Assembly (NCBI GenBank): GCA_963674965.2
Contig: CAXXFL010000004.1
Coordinates: forward strand, 192,001 to 256,000
Length of the DNA stretch: 64,000 nucleotides
Source: a bacterium
Lineage (GTDB): Bacteria; RBG-13-61-14; DATKZS01
Direction: 5' to 3'
Positions 19,430-30,162 of this stretch are shown piece after piece. Numbering within the stretch: position 1 is the first letter of the stretch; every line of letters starts with the position of its first letter. The position numbers were made by a program, and so were the translations under genes. Under the pieces are notes generated by a model that saw nothing but the letters and a program-made list of their open reading frames with translations, was not told the DNA's origin and did not search any database.

Positions 19430-21382
19430 ATGGCCCGCTTGCCGACCCTCATCATGGGCACGTCGGGCCACGTTGACCATGGCAAGACCACGCTGGTCAA
19501 GTCCCTCACCGGCGTGGACCTCGACACTCTTCCCGAGGAGAAGGCCAGGGGGCTGACCATCAACCTGGGCTTCACCTCCTTCGATACCCCCTCCGGCCAC
19601 CGGATAGGCGTGGTTGACGTGCCTGGCCACCGCAAGTTTGTAAGGACCATGCTCTCGGGCGCGCACGGGTTGGACTTCGTGCTTTTCATCGTGGCCTGCG
19701 ACGACTCGGTCATGCCTCAAACTCGGGAGCACCTCCAGATACTGAGACTGTTCGGAGTCAAGACGGGGATAGTCGTTCTTACCAAGGCCGACCTGGTCGA
19801 GCCCGAGCTTCGGGAACTGGTCGAGGCCGAGGTTTCCGAGCTGGTGGAGGGGACCTTTCTCGAGCGCGCGCCCATGGTGGCGGTCAGCTCGGTCACCGGC
19901 GAGGGCATGGGCGAGCTGATTGAAGCCATCGACAAGGTTGCCGGCGACTTGAAGCCGCGGGAGAGGGGGGCCTATTTTCGCATGTTCGTGGACCGGTCGT
20001 TCACGGTGGCGGGCGCGGGCACGGTGGTAACGGGCACGGTGCTTTCCGGGTCGTCCTCCCCGGGGGACGAGGTCGAGATACTGCCGGGCGGGCACCGGGC
20101 CAGGGTCCGCAAGATCGAGAGCCATGGGGAGGCGGTGGACCGGGCCCGGGCGGGGCAGCGCGCCGCCGTAAACCTTCGTCTTCTTGACAAGGGCGACGTT
20201 GGGAGGGGAGACATGATCGCCACGCCCGAGGTCGTTCGGCCCACCTACATGGTGGACGTTCGGCTCGAGGTGCAGGACAATTATCCCCGTGCTCTCCAGC
20301 ACTGGACCAGGGTCAGGTTCTACGTGGGCACTCACGAGTCCTTCGGGCGGGTGGTGCTGCTCGAGAAGGACTCGGCCGAGCCGGGCGGCGGGGCGCTGGC
20401 TCAAATAAGGCTCGAGACGCCGGCCCCGGTCATGAACGGCGACCCCTTCATCATCCGGGACTTTTCCTCGAGTTGGACCATCGGCGGCGGCAAGGTCCTT
20501 GACTCCCATCCCACCAAGCACAAGCGCCGGAAGGCCCTGGCGGTGGGAGACCTGGCCCGCCGGGAGGACGGCTACCTCGAGGAGCTTATCGAGCTGGAGG
20601 CGAAAAAGACCGCTTTCTTCCTGTCCCGAAACGCCGTGGCCCTCGATCTTAACGCGCCCATGGACAGGGTGGGGGCCGCTTCTTCCGCTCTGGCGGAAAA
20701 GGGGGACGTCGTATTGCTGCCGCCCAGGAAGTCTCCCTGGATCATTCACCAGGAGGCGTGGAGGCGGCTGGTGGGCAGGATCAAGGAGTGCTTGTCGGCC
20801 CATCACGAGTCTCTTCCCCAGCTCGATACGGGTCTTTCCGAGCAGGAACTCCGCGAGAGGGTCTCCCGCGCCTCGGGGGCGAGGATCGAGGAGGAACCTT
20901 TCCATTATTCCCTGGAGAGGCTGGCCGAGGACAAGGTGCTCAAGTCGGTGGAGGCTACCTATGCCCTTTCCAGCCACGCGGCCGTGCTCGAGGAAGGAGA
21001 CGAGCAGGCCCTGGCCGCCATCCGGGCGAGCTACGTGGACTGCCCCATGACCCCGCCGGCGACGGAGGAAGTTTACGCCGGCTCCGGCTTGCCCAAGGCC
21101 GTGGTCCGCGATTTCCTCGAGCGTCTGCTCGAGGAGGGCGAGTTGGTCCGTATAAGCCGCGAGTTCATCTTTGACAAGAAGGGAGTTTCGATCGCCCTGG
21201 AAAAGGTGTTAGAATATATAAGACAAAATGAAAAAATGACGGTGGCCGAGTTTCGAGACCTGGTGGGGACCTCCCGCAAATACGCGATTCCCCTTCTCAA
21301 TTACTTCGATAATGAGGGCTGGACCGTAAGGGACGGGGATTTCAGGAAACTTGGTCACCGCCGGTTCGACGGAAAGATTTAG
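19430..21382 (+). CDS. selB: Selenocysteine-specific elongation factor
   Basis: GHVDHGKT, DVPGH and TKAD G-motifs; C-terminal winged helix with SRKYAIPLL. Confidence 0.97.
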   Translation: MARLPTLIMGTSGHVDHGKTTLVKSLTGVDLDTLPEEKARGLTINLGFTSFDTPSGHRIGVVDVPGHRKFVRTMLSGAHGLDFVLFIVACDDSVMPQTREHLQILRLFGVKTGIVVLTKADLVEPELRELVEAEVSELVEGTFLERAPMVAVSSVTGEGMGELIEAIDKVAGDLKPRERGAYFRMFVDRSFTVAGAGTVVTGTVLSGSSSPGDEVEILPGGHRARVRKIESHGEAVDRARAGQRAAVNLRLLDKGDVGRGDMIATPEVVRPTYMVDVRLEVQDNYPRALQHWTRVRFYVGTHESFGRVVLLEKDSAEPGGGALAQIRLETPAPVMNGDPFIIRDFSSSWTIGGGKVLDSHPTKHKRRKALAVGDLARREDGYLEELIELEAKKTAFFLSRNAVALDLNAPMDRVGAASSALAEKGDVVLLPPRKSPWIIHQEAWRRLVGRIKECLSAHHESLPQLDTGLSEQELRERVSRASGARIEEEPFHYSLERLAEDKVLKSVEATYALSSHAAVLEEGDEQALAAIRASYVDCPMTPPATEEVYAGSGLPKAVVRDFLERLLEEGELVRISREFIFDKKGVSIALEKVLEYIRQNEKMTVAEFRDLVGTSRKYAIPLLNYFDNEGWTVRDGDFRKLGHRRFDGKI

Positions 21383-21395
21383 TCCGCGACTTAAC

Positions 21396-21491
21396 GGCAA
21401 GGATAGGGTCTGGTGGCTCTACCGGGCTTCAAACCCGGATGCGGGTAGATAAAACTGCTCGTGGCAGGTTCGATTCCTGCCCTTGCCGCCA
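21396..21491 (+). tRNA. selC: tRNA-Sec (UCA)
   Basis: 6-bp D stem, CCGGG-CTTCAAA-CCCGG anticodon arm, long variable arm, TTCGATT T loop, G73-CCA; directly after selB. Confidence 0.95.
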
Positions 21492-21515
21492 TTTTTTGCC
21501 CGCTATTCCCGAGTA

Positions 21516-23633
21516 TCAGAGGAGTTCCTCCAGGCCCATTTCCCGAATGAAGTTGAACTCGTAGTTGGAGGGGGACCTGGCCATGACCGCCTCGAGGGAA
21601 GGAATCTTCGCCCCGTTGTCAATCTCGTTTTTGTAAAGTTTGAACTCGACCGCCCTGGCTATCCAGGCCATGATCAGGCGCCGAAACCTCTCCCTGTTCC
21701 TCTCCAGGTCGGATTCCTTCGAGGAGGTCAGCCATCGGCTTTCCATGAAGGCCAGAAACTGCGTGAGCCACATCGATATTTCACGACAGCCGTTCTCGGC
21801 CCTGGCCATGACCTCGGAGGCCTGGTTCCTTTCTTTCCGATAGGCCTCGGCGAAGCGGGGCGTCATTTTAAGCTCGGGCCAGTTGGCTTTGAGGAACCTT
21901 ATCAGCCCGAGCTTGACGGCGAGTATCTCGAGTTGCAAATAGGGCAGGTGGTTATCCAGCCACGGGTCCCTTCTTTTTAGTCCCGAGGCCTCGAGGAAAG
22001 TGAACCTGCGCCGGGCCAGCTTGAGGAACATCTCGACGTCCATGGCAATCCTCTCCCCCTCCTTTGGGTCGGCCCCCGCGGGAAAGAAGGTCGAGGCGAG
22101 AGGCTCGTCGAAAAGGAGGAGCAGGCCCACGGCGCCCATGCCCGCCGGTCCCTGGAAAACGCGGTGGATTTGGTCGAGCTCCATGACCAGGTCGCCGGCC
22201 TCGCCGGTGGGGTCGCGATGCACGGTCCAGGCGAAGGCCTTGTTGAAGCGGGAGCTGTACTCGGGCGCCTCCTCCCAGGCGTGCCCCGCCGAGTAGGCCA
22301 GCGGGTAAAGCTCGGTCCCGGGCGGGTTCATGTGGCCCATGTCGCCCCATATGGTGACCATCATTCCCTCGGCGCCCATGGATTTGGCCATGGGGACGAG
22401 ACCCTTGTGGTTGGCCTCCATCACCGCCAGGTCGGGAAATGTCTTCATCAGGGTCCAGGTGGTGGTGCAGGCGTAAAAGGGGTTTCCCGACTCGGCTACT
22501 ATCTCGAGTGGGGACCGGTAATGCTCGTGTCCCTCCAGGTTGCCCGTCCCGTAGGACCAGTGGCAAAGGACCATGTCGCGGGGAAGGTCGGGTATTATCT
22601 CGGGGTGCTGGACCAGCGCGTCGGCCCAGACCATCGTTGAAGCTCCCCTGGCCCCGAGGATTTCATGCAGCCTGATCAGGTGGTCACGAATAACGAGACC
22701 GACGCTTTTTCCGCCGAAGCGGCCGGCGTCGAAGTTCTTAATCAGGTCGAAGGGCTCGTCGCATCCCACGTGAAAGACGGAGGATGGACAGACCTCGAGC
22801 CACGCGTCGTAGTAGTCCTCGAGCAGTCGGTATATAAGTTCGTTGGAGGGGTCCAGGGACCAGAGGAGGTTTTTATCGTAGGCCAACTCCCGGTACTCGG
22901 GCAGGGACAGTATTTCCCGCATGTGTCCAAGCGACTGCTGAAAGGGGATGATCTGGACCCGCCTCGAGGCGGCGAACTCGACGACTCGGGCCATTTCCGC
23001 CAGGGTAATAACGTCGCGTCGTCTCGCCGTCTCCGGCCGGGCGGGGCACTCGAGGACGTGCTCGACGTTAAAGGTAAGCTGGTTGTATTTAAGCTCGGAG
23101 ATGAGTTTAATAAGCTCCATCATCGACTCGGCGGTCGGGACCCTGCCCCTGGACGCGTCCAGCAGGACGCACCGGTTGGGCAGGACGGGCGCGTCCTTGA
23201 TGGCGACGCGGGGCGCGGTCTTGTCGGGACCGATGAGCTTGGCAAGGGTCTGGGCCGCGTAAAACAGCCCGCGCTCGCCGCCGCTAACTGCTATTCCGCC
23301 ATTTTCGCCGACCAGGAGAACGTAGGACTGGTCCTTGATCCTGGGGTCGGAGACCGAGCTTAAAAGCTCGTCGATTTCTTTTCCCGCCCTCGCCTGGTCC
23401 TCCTCGGAGGGGGAGCCGAAGGTGAAATGGGCGGAGGCCTCGCGGCAACAAGCGGGGATTGTCCTGAGTCCGATCTCTTTGGCCACGTCGTCTAAAGGAT
23501 GCAGGTCTCCGAGGTATCCGCCGACCACCAGGTCGCGCCCTGAGGCGAAATCGAAAACGCCGTCGCGGCGCTCGATCCTGATTGGCGATGGAATAAGGAG
23601 TTCTCTGGTGTCCAGCTCGCGGGGCCCGGCCAT
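21516..23633 (-). CDS. Glycoside hydrolase family 20 (beta-N-acetylhexosaminidase-like)
   Basis: GLFYAAQTL, LLDASRGRVP, SLGHM and HVGCDE catalytic motif. Confidence 0.85.
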   Translation of the reverse strand: MAGPRELDTRELLIPSPIRIERRDGVFDFASGRDLVVGGYLGDLHPLDDVAKEIGLRTIPACCREASAHFTFGSPSEEDQARAGKEIDELLSSVSDPRIKDQSYVLLVGENGGIAVSGGERGLFYAAQTLAKLIGPDKTAPRVAIKDAPVLPNRCVLLDASRGRVPTAESMMELIKLISELKYNQLTFNVEHVLECPARPETARRRDVITLAEMARVVEFAASRRVQIIPFQQSLGHMREILSLPEYRELAYDKNLLWSLDPSNELIYRLLEDYYDAWLEVCPSSVFHVGCDEPFDLIKNFDAGRFGGKSVGLVIRDHLIRLHEILGARGASTMVWADALVQHPEIIPDLPRDMVLCHWSYGTGNLEGHEHYRSPLEIVAESGNPFYACTTTWTLMKTFPDLAVMEANHKGLVPMAKSMGAEGMMVTIWGDMGHMNPPGTELYPLAYSAGHAWEEAPEYSSRFNKAFAWTVHRDPTGEAGDLVMELDQIHRVFQGPAGMGAVGLLLLFDEPLASTFFPAGADPKEGERIAMDVEMFLKLARRRFTFLEASGLKRRDPWLDNHLPYLQLEILAVKLGLIRFLKANWPELKMTPRFAEAYRKERNQASEVMARAENGCREISMWLTQFLAFMESRWLTSSKESDLERNRERFRRLIMAWIARAVEFKLYKNEIDNGAKIPSLEAVMARSPSNYEFNFIREMGLEELL

Positions 23634-23636
23634 TTT

Positions 23637-24260
23637 CTACTTCTTTTTGCCTCTCGTTTTTTTCTTGTCCTCGTTTCCAGATAATAGGCCCTCGGTGGAA
23701 TAGAGGATAAGCTCGTCGACTATTTTTTCCGGGGCCAGGCTCAGGTCCGACCTGGCCACGTGGTATATTACCTCCTTGATGCTGCCCACCGTGTGATAGG
23801 CCGCGAGCAGGGGGCTCAAGTCTTTCCTCATCAGCCCCATCTCCTGGCCCAGCTTGAAGGCCCCCGCGGTCTTATGGGTAATACCCTGGTAGAAGTCCCT
23901 TATTTTCCGGTCGAATTCCTCGTCCAGCCCCATGGCGTGATTGTAGAGCATCTGGGTGAGTTCCCTGTTCTCGATCAGAACGTTGGCGATCCTCCTCATA
24001 TTGGACCTTATCTGCTCGAGCCAGGGCTTGCCGCCTCCGGAAAGATCGACCCGGACCATCGAGTTGTTGAGCTGGACCGTCAGGATGTCCACCAGCTCGG
24101 CGAAGATTTCCCGCTTGCCCTCGAAGTAAAGATAGAACGTGCCCCTGGCTATGCCCGCCGACTCGATAATGTCGGTCACGCTCGCCTGGTGATAGCCCTT
24201 GGCGGCGAAAACCGAGGTGGCCGCCTGCAGTATCTGCTGCCTTCGTTTTTCCTTTTTCAT
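23637..24260 (-). CDS. TetR/AcrR-family transcriptional regulator
   Basis: N-terminal HTH: DIIESAGIARGTFYLYFEGK. Confidence 0.92.
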   Translation of the reverse strand: MKKEKRRQQILQAATSVFAAKGYHQASVTDIIESAGIARGTFYLYFEGKREIFAELVDILTVQLNNSMVRVDLSGGGKPWLEQIRSNMRRIANVLIENRELTQMLYNHAMGLDEEFDRKIRDFYQGITHKTAGAFKLGQEMGLMRKDLSPLLAAYHTVGSIKEVIYHVARSDLSLAPEKIVDELILYSTEGLLSGNEDKKKTRGKKK

Positions 24261-24349
24261 GTTATCTCCATTCGAGGTCCGACTCGATCGCCAGAATCCG
24301 GATGGTCGTACGTTTCTTGGGGCTTCATGATCGGAAGGGAGGCGGGAAC

Positions 24350-25180
24350 TCATCCGGCCTTGGTAGGGCTTGTTTGAAAATTTTTCTCGACGGCTTTCAT
24401 AACGGCGTTGGTCAGGCCGGCGTGGTCCTGGCCGGGCACCACCAGGCTGACGGGCTGGCAGAACTTTATTACCTTGTCGAAACTGGCCGAGTCGGGAGGG
24501 TTGAAAACGAAGGCCAGGTTGACTCTTTGGTTTTTTTTATATCCAAGCTCGTAAGCCCTTATGGCGATGGCCACGTTAATGCCGTTTACCAGGGGCAGCC
24601 TGAGGTCGAGAAGTATAATGGAAGGCGGCCGGTCCTTGAACATGGCCCCGCTGGCGGCGGCGAGGATTTCCTCGCCGGTGCGGAAGGTCTCGACCTCGAC
24701 CCCCAGTTCCGGGCCCACGTCGGTTCTCATCCATTCCCGGAACTCCGGGTAAAAGCCGGCGGACCACACGGCGGCTCGCTTCTCGTCATTATTGCGCTCG
24801 CCGGCCGCCTCGCGCGGCGCCATGGCCGGGTCCGATGCCTCGTCTCCCAGCTTGAGGGAGGAGAACTGGACCAGCAGCTTCCCTTCCCCTATCTCGACGA
24901 TGTCACCGTTAATGAGCTTTTGCGACGAGGCCATGCGCTCGTTCACCCTTGTAACGCCACCCGATCCCAGGTCCTCGATAAACAGGGAGTCGTTGTGAAA
25001 AGTTAAAAGGGCGTGTCTTTCCGCCACTCCCACGCCGTCGACCCTGAGGTCGGCCTTTTCCCCCCGCCCTATTACGCAGGGCGTGGACGCGAGAACGAAC
25101 CTCTCGCCTTCCCCCGGTCCCTCCAGGGCGAGAAGAGAGGCGCTTACTCCTTGAGGAAGCGGCTTTTTTCCTTCATCCAT
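24350..25180 (-). CDS. FHA-domain protein with a receiver-like C-terminal domain
   Basis: IGRG, RHA and DLGSGGVTRVN FHA motifs; IILLDLRLPLVNG receiver-like motif. Confidence 0.75.
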   Translation of the reverse strand: MDEGKKPLPQGVSASLLALEGPGEGERFVLASTPCVIGRGEKADLRVDGVGVAERHALLTFHNDSLFIEDLGSGGVTRVNERMASSQKLINGDIVEIGEGKLLVQFSSLKLGDEASDPAMAPREAAGERNNDEKRAAVWSAGFYPEFREWMRTDVGPELGVEVETFRTGEEILAAASGAMFKDRPPSIILLDLRLPLVNGINVAIAIRAYELGYKKNQRVNLAFVFNPPDSASFDKVIKFCQPVSLVVPGQDHAGLTNAVMKAVEKNFQTSPTKAG

Positions 25181-25249
25181 ATCGAATATGCTAATACCGC
25201 CGGTCAGGCTTGTCAAAGCGGGGGCCGCTCCCGACCGGAGCGTTCCCGG

Positions 25250-28200
25250 TCAGGCCGCGTCGAGGGCGGCCCTTATTCTTCCGGCCAGCTCCTCGGGGGT
25301 AAAGGGCTTCGAGATCAATTGAGTCCCTTCCTCGAGCACGCCGTGCTTGGCTATGACGTCGTCGGTGTAGCCGGACATGAAAAGTACTTTCAATCCGCAA
25401 AGTCGAGACATTAGCCGGTCGGCCACCTCCCTTCCGCTCATGTCGGGCATGATCACGTCGGTGAGAAGAATATCTATTTCATCGCCCTTTTCCCCGGCTA
25501 TATCCAGGGCTTTTTGGCCGTTGGCCACGTCGATGACCTTGTAGCCGTAGGCATGGAGAACGCGCAGAACCAACTCCCTTACCATGTCGTCGTCCTCGAC
25601 CAGGAGCACCGTCTCGCCGCCTCCGCGTCCTTCCCGATCACCCCTCGTATTAGCCCGGGCGCTCCCTTCCTCATGGGACCTGGGCAGTATAATGTCGAAG
25701 GTCGTTCCTTCCCCCTCCTTGCTGCGGGCGTATATCCGGCCGCCGCTTTGGTTGACTATGCCATAAACGCTGGACAGGCCAAGGCCCGTTCCCTTGCCCT
25801 TGGATTTAGTGGTGAAGAAGGGGTCGAAAATCCTCGATAATGTTTCCTCGTCCATTCCCTCACCGTCGTCGCTCACCGCCATTTGGACGTAACTGCCGGG
25901 AGGAACGCTGGGATATAGGAAGCTGCCTTCTTTTCCGATCTCGAGATTGGCGGTTCCGATGGCCAGTTTGCCGCCCATGGGCATGGCGTCGCGCCCGTTG
26001 ACCACCAGGTTGACCAGGGCCATTTGAATCTGCGTGGCGTCTGCCTTGACGCGGCCCAGCTCGGGGTCAAGGTCCAGTATCAGCTCGACGTTCTCGCCGA
26101 TGAGACGCCTTAGCATGTTGTCCATCTCGAGGACCAGGGAGTTGAGGTTGACCACCTCGGGGTTGAGTATCTGCTTGCGGCTGAAGGCGAGAAGCTGGTT
26201 GGTCATGGAGGTCGCCCGGTGAACGGCCTTCACGATTTCCTGCAGGTCCCGGTTCAAGGGGTCGTCGTCATCGATCGAGTAAATCATAAGCTCGCTGTAG
26301 CCCATGATGGCGGTCATGATGTTGTTGAAGTCGTGGGCCACGCCCCCGGCCAGCCTGCCGATGGCCTCGAGTTTTTGCGACTGTATGAGCTGCTCCCTGA
26401 GGGACGTCTGCTCCGTTACGTCCTCGATGGCGAGAAGCACCTGGTTTTCGTTGAGGCGATTGGATATGCCGCGAATATCCACGTTTAAATACTTGACCTC
26501 ATGGGCCGTGGAATAATGGCGGACCCCGAGCAGGAACTCGTTGCCCCCGTTTTGGGCCACCGCCTTCAGTTTCTCGTGAAGGTCTCCCTCCTCGAGCAGC
26601 GAGGCGGGAAAAAGGTCCTTAATATTTAGGCCCGCCACCTCGCGTTCCCCATCATCGCGTTCCCCATCATCGCGTTCCTCGACGTATCTTTTGTTGGCGA
26701 TGATAACGTTAAGGTTTCGGTCGAGGAGAAGAAGCTTGAGGGGGACGGAATCCAAAGTGTATTTATATAAACGGCCGAACTCCCTGTCCCGTATTTCCGA
26801 GTTGACGCGGTCGGTTACGTCCGTGTTAAGCCCCACCCATTTTTCGATTTTTCCGTCAGGCCCCTTAAGCAGTCTGCCCCGGCTGGAAACGAAGATGTAT
26901 TCGCCGTTTTTCTTGCGTAGCCTGTATTCGTTTCGATAAGGCGCCCCGGATTTGACGTGGTCCTCGATGCCTTTAAAAACCTCGGCCCTGTCGTCGGGAT
27001 GAATGTACTCGACTATTTCGGGAAGCCGTCTCGGGAATTCCCCCTCCCCGTAGCCCAAAAGCCCGTCAATGTCCCCGAACCACTTCATCTCTCCGTTGCC
27101 GGAGTCGATCTCGTAAATCAAGTCGCTGGCCAGGTGAGCTGCTATCCTGAACCTTTCCTCCGATTCCCCCAGCGCGTTCTCCGCCGCGACCCTGTCCGTA
27201 ATGTCGGCGTCCGTTCCCGCCATCCTTATTACGGCGCCTTCCTCGTCCCGAACCGCCAGGCCCCTGACCTCTATCCATCTGACCGAGCCGTCCTTGTGCG
27301 TCATGCGGTGACGGAAAATATATTCCGGCGTTTTGCCGTCAATATGGTCCTGGGCCGCTTGCATCACGGCCCGCTTGTCGTCGGGATGGATATAAGACGA
27401 CCATGTTTCCAGGTCGTTGGGGATTTCATGGTCCTCGTATCCGAGGATGTTCTTGATAATAGGATCGAGGAAAAAGTCGCCCGTCGCGAGGTCCCAATCC
27501 CAGACTCCCACGGAGGCCGCCCTGGCCGCCAGGGCGTATCTTTCCTGGCTGAGATTGAGTCTTCGCTGAATGTCCTTGTTTTCGGTCACGTCGGTTATGA
27601 CTCCGACCAGGCCGGCCGTGTCGCCTTCCTTGTCCTGGAAGGTCGCCTTATTGAAAATGACGTCATGATATTCCTCGTCGGCGAAAAGGATTTGAGACTC
27701 GTATATCTGCCGGCCCGGGGACGCGAGCAGTTGACGATCCATTTTATAAAAGACGTCGGCCCTTTCCCTCGGATATACGCCAAAAACGGTTTTGCCTATT
27801 ATGTCCTCTCGGGGAATGCCAAGATATTCCTCGAAGGCGCCGTTGCAGCCAAGGTATACCGCCTTGGCGTCCTTGTAGAATATGGGGCTGGGTATGGTCT
27901 CGAGAAGGGTCTGAAGAAAAAGAAACTGATCGAGGAATTCCTCCTCGCGCCGCTTCTTTTCGAGGGCGTTGGCGATAATCGAGGACAGCGTTTCCAGAAG
28001 ATAAATATCTCCCTCGTCCCAGCGCTTGCAATCCCTGACCGAGTCGAACCCGATAAACCCCGCCGGCCGGCCCTTGATGACGAGGGGGAAGGCAAGGACC
28101 GACTTGATATCCTGCGCCTCGAGTATGGCTTTTTCCTTTTCCATCTCCGGGGGCATGGAGCCTACGTCGGGAATATGGATATTTTCCCCGCGGTCGATCA

Positions 28201-28918
28201 TGTCCATCCACCAGGGAATCATGTCCCGCCCAATCCCTTGCAGGTTGCCGATCTCAGGCTCGATTCCCTCGGCGCACCATTCGTGGGTATTGCTGGTGGA
28301 TTGGCCGTCCTCGGAAAAAAGGAAAACGTAGCTCCGATCGACGTCGGCGAAAAGGCCGGCTTTCTCGAGCGCGTCGTTAATGCCGTCGTCCACGTCTTCA
28401 TGGCGGAGGTTGATGAAAGTGGAGGCGATCGACGCCACCATGGCCTCCATTTTTTCCTTTTTTTGCAGGACCTGCTGGAAGGAATTTTGACTGTCAACGA
28501 CCCTGATAAGAAGAATGGCCTGTCTCTGGCCGTCCTTTAGGACAAGGCTGCTTTTAACTTTTGCCGTGAAATGGTTTCCCCTTTGATCGACGATTTTTAC
28601 TTTTTCGTTTTGTCCATTCTGGGAAAAGGGATTGTATTTCGAGCCGACTTTATCCGTCGGGTCCGCTGGAAAGATGAAGGATTCAATACTTTTTCCTTCA
28701 ATTTCGGAAGGCTCCATTTTTAATAATTCCGCGGCCCTCAAGTTGACTTTTGAAATGACGCCCTTGGCGTTAACAAGCACTATGGGGTCGGAAACCTCAT
28801 GAAAAATCCAATCGGAGGCGGAGACAAGACCGATCCTGGACGATTTGACGGGCGCTTGACTCGACTCGGCGGATGAAGTTTCTTTTATGCCAGGGTTTAA
28901 GTTTTCATAAAAATCCAT
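25250..28918 (-). CDS. Hybrid sensor histidine kinase (PAS/GAF, HisKA, HATPase, REC)
   Basis: Multiple PAS/PAC repeats, GAF, AHDFNN H-box, FFTTK and GTGLGL, receiver LLTDVIMP. Confidence 0.95.
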   Translation of the reverse strand: MDFYENLNPGIKETSSAESSQAPVKSSRIGLVSASDWIFHEVSDPIVLVNAKGVISKVNLRAAELLKMEPSEIEGKSIESFIFPADPTDKVGSKYNPFSQNGQNEKVKIVDQRGNHFTAKVKSSLVLKDGQRQAILLIRVVDSQNSFQQVLQKKEKMEAMVASIASTFINLRHEDVDDGINDALEKAGLFADVDRSYVFLFSEDGQSTSNTHEWCAEGIEPEIGNLQGIGRDMIPWWMDMIDRGENIHIPDVGSMPPEMEKEKAILEAQDIKSVLAFPLVIKGRPAGFIGFDSVRDCKRWDEGDIYLLETLSSIIANALEKKRREEEFLDQFLFLQTLLETIPSPIFYKDAKAVYLGCNGAFEEYLGIPREDIIGKTVFGVYPRERADVFYKMDRQLLASPGRQIYESQILFADEEYHDVIFNKATFQDKEGDTAGLVGVITDVTENKDIQRRLNLSQERYALAARAASVGVWDWDLATGDFFLDPIIKNILGYEDHEIPNDLETWSSYIHPDDKRAVMQAAQDHIDGKTPEYIFRHRMTHKDGSVRWIEVRGLAVRDEEGAVIRMAGTDADITDRVAAENALGESEERFRIAAHLASDLIYEIDSGNGEMKWFGDIDGLLGYGEGEFPRRLPEIVEYIHPDDRAEVFKGIEDHVKSGAPYRNEYRLRKKNGEYIFVSSRGRLLKGPDGKIEKWVGLNTDVTDRVNSEIRDREFGRLYKYTLDSVPLKLLLLDRNLNVIIANKRYVEERDDGERDDGEREVAGLNIKDLFPASLLEEGDLHEKLKAVAQNGGNEFLLGVRHYSTAHEVKYLNVDIRGISNRLNENQVLLAIEDVTEQTSLREQLIQSQKLEAIGRLAGGVAHDFNNIMTAIMGYSELMIYSIDDDDPLNRDLQEIVKAVHRATSMTNQLLAFSRKQILNPEVVNLNSLVLEMDNMLRRLIGENVELILDLDPELGRVKADATQIQMALVNLVVNGRDAMPMGGKLAIGTANLEIGKEGSFLYPSVPPGSYVQMAVSDDGEGMDEETLSRIFDPFFTTKSKGKGTGLGLSSVYGIVNQSGGRIYARSKEGEGTTFDIILPRSHEEGSARANTRGDREGRGGGETVLLVEDDDMVRELVLRVLHAYGYKVIDVANGQKALDIAGEKGDEIDILLTDVIMPDMSGREVADRLMSRLCGLKVLFMSGYTDDVIAKHGVLEEGTQLISKPFTPEELAGRIRAALDAA
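26640..26678. repeat. 15-bp in-frame tandem duplication within the kinase gene ([12 protein letters not shown])
   Basis: TCGCGTTCCCCATCA x2 plus partial TCGCGTTCC. Confidence 0.9.
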
Positions 28919-29150
28919 TTTCGACCACTCACTACGTCCTCGGAAAAGGACCATGAAAGCATTTGTTATATCTCAGATGGAATGGTGCATTTTACCCCCC
29001 CATGGGGAAAATACATTTCAACTTATCTTGCCTAAAAGAAATCTAAAATTTATGGCCCGCCTAAATGACTGATATATTTATTAAACAACGAGTAGAGTCC
29101 AAAATTCTTCGCTTTAGGGTATTAGATAAATCTCTCGATGGGATTTAAAA

Positions 29151-29165
29151 GCAACGATCATGCCA
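29151..29165 (-). promoter_or_regulatory. Putative sigma-54 (-24/-12) promoter for the hybrid kinase
   Basis: Minus strand TGGCATGATCGTTGC versus consensus TGGCACG-N4-TTGC (one mismatch), in an AT-rich intergenic region. Confidence 0.6.
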
Positions 29166-29557
29166 GCTTGAAAGGCGAAGTGGGTCTTTAAAACTTCATT
29201 TTTTTATCAAGGCGTATAATCTGAAAAGTGGGCAATGCAAAGAATCGGTCGAGATTTAAAGGCTCCCATGTCAATTGTCCCTGGAAATTGGCTTGTTTCT
29301 TGCCCGTTATTAAAAAGGCTTCCGACCATACGGAATTTCATATCGAGAAAAGCATGCACTAAACGGAGGTAAAACAAGGGGAAAACTCTGGCAAGTAAAG
29401 CGGAAAACCTGGGGCCGACATGGACAAAAAGGGGAATTATTTTGTCAAAAATAAGAAATTATTCTCATAATCGCCAAATCGCGGTATTAGGATGGCTTTA
29501 ATCAAGGACATTACCGTATCAAGCAAAAGCTTGAATTTCCAAAATTGGGAGGAGAAA

Positions 29558-29992
29558 ATGATCACGGCCCCAGATAATAACTCGGTTTCGTCCGCCTCCT
29601 CCATACAAGTCCTGCTCGTTGACGATTCCCCCGTAATAACCAACCTGGTCAAAATAATCTTGAAAAAAGCCGATCCCGAGGGCTACGACTTGACCTGCGT
29701 CGATACCTTGGAAAAAGCCTTGATTGTTTTGGGCGAGTCAAAGTTCGACGTTATCCTTCTTGACCTCGGCCTGCCCGACTCCGAGGGCTTGGCTACTTTC
29801 AACGCGATAAATAAGGCAAAAGGCGGCTCCGCTATCGTCGTGCAGAGCGGTAATGGAGACTCCGATCCGGTTATCTTAAAAATAAAGCACGAGGCGGACG
29901 ACTTTATAGACAAGCAACGGATAAGTCTTAATACCGTGACCGACGCGATTCGCCGCGCCGCCAAAAGCGCGTTGACAAAAAGGCATTCTTGA
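29558..29992 (+). CDS. Single-domain response regulator
   Basis: VLLVDD and ILLDLGLPDSEG motifs. Confidence 0.88.
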   Translation: MITAPDNNSVSSASSIQVLLVDDSPVITNLVKIILKKADPEGYDLTCVDTLEKALIVLGESKFDVILLDLGLPDSEGLATFNAINKAKGGSAIVVQSGNGDSDPVILKIKHEADDFIDKQRISLNTVTDAIRRAAKSALTKRHS

Positions 29993-30027
29993 ATTACCAT
30001 TTATTTCTCCGGGATATTTCCTTCCAA

Positions 30028-30103
30028 GCCGGCGTAGCTCAGTTGGTAGAGCAGCTGATTCGTAATCAGCAGGTCGCGGGTTCGAATCCCATCGCCGGCT
30101 CCA
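30028..30103 (+). tRNA. tRNA-Thr (CGT)
   Basis: 76-nt cloverleaf GCCGGCG...CGCCGGC-TCCA with anticodon loop TTCGTAA. Confidence 0.95.
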
Positions 30104-30162
30104 TTTTTTTGCGCTAAACTTCCTGATTATAAAAGACTTTTCGAATATAATCCCCTAACGGG

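Noticed and set aside
16906-20977. Long antisense ORFs (486 aa and 642 aa) opposite resB/selA/selB, and similar shadow ORFs elsewhere
   Set aside because: Expected shadows of high-GC coding sequence; they show no motifs and overlap well-supported genes
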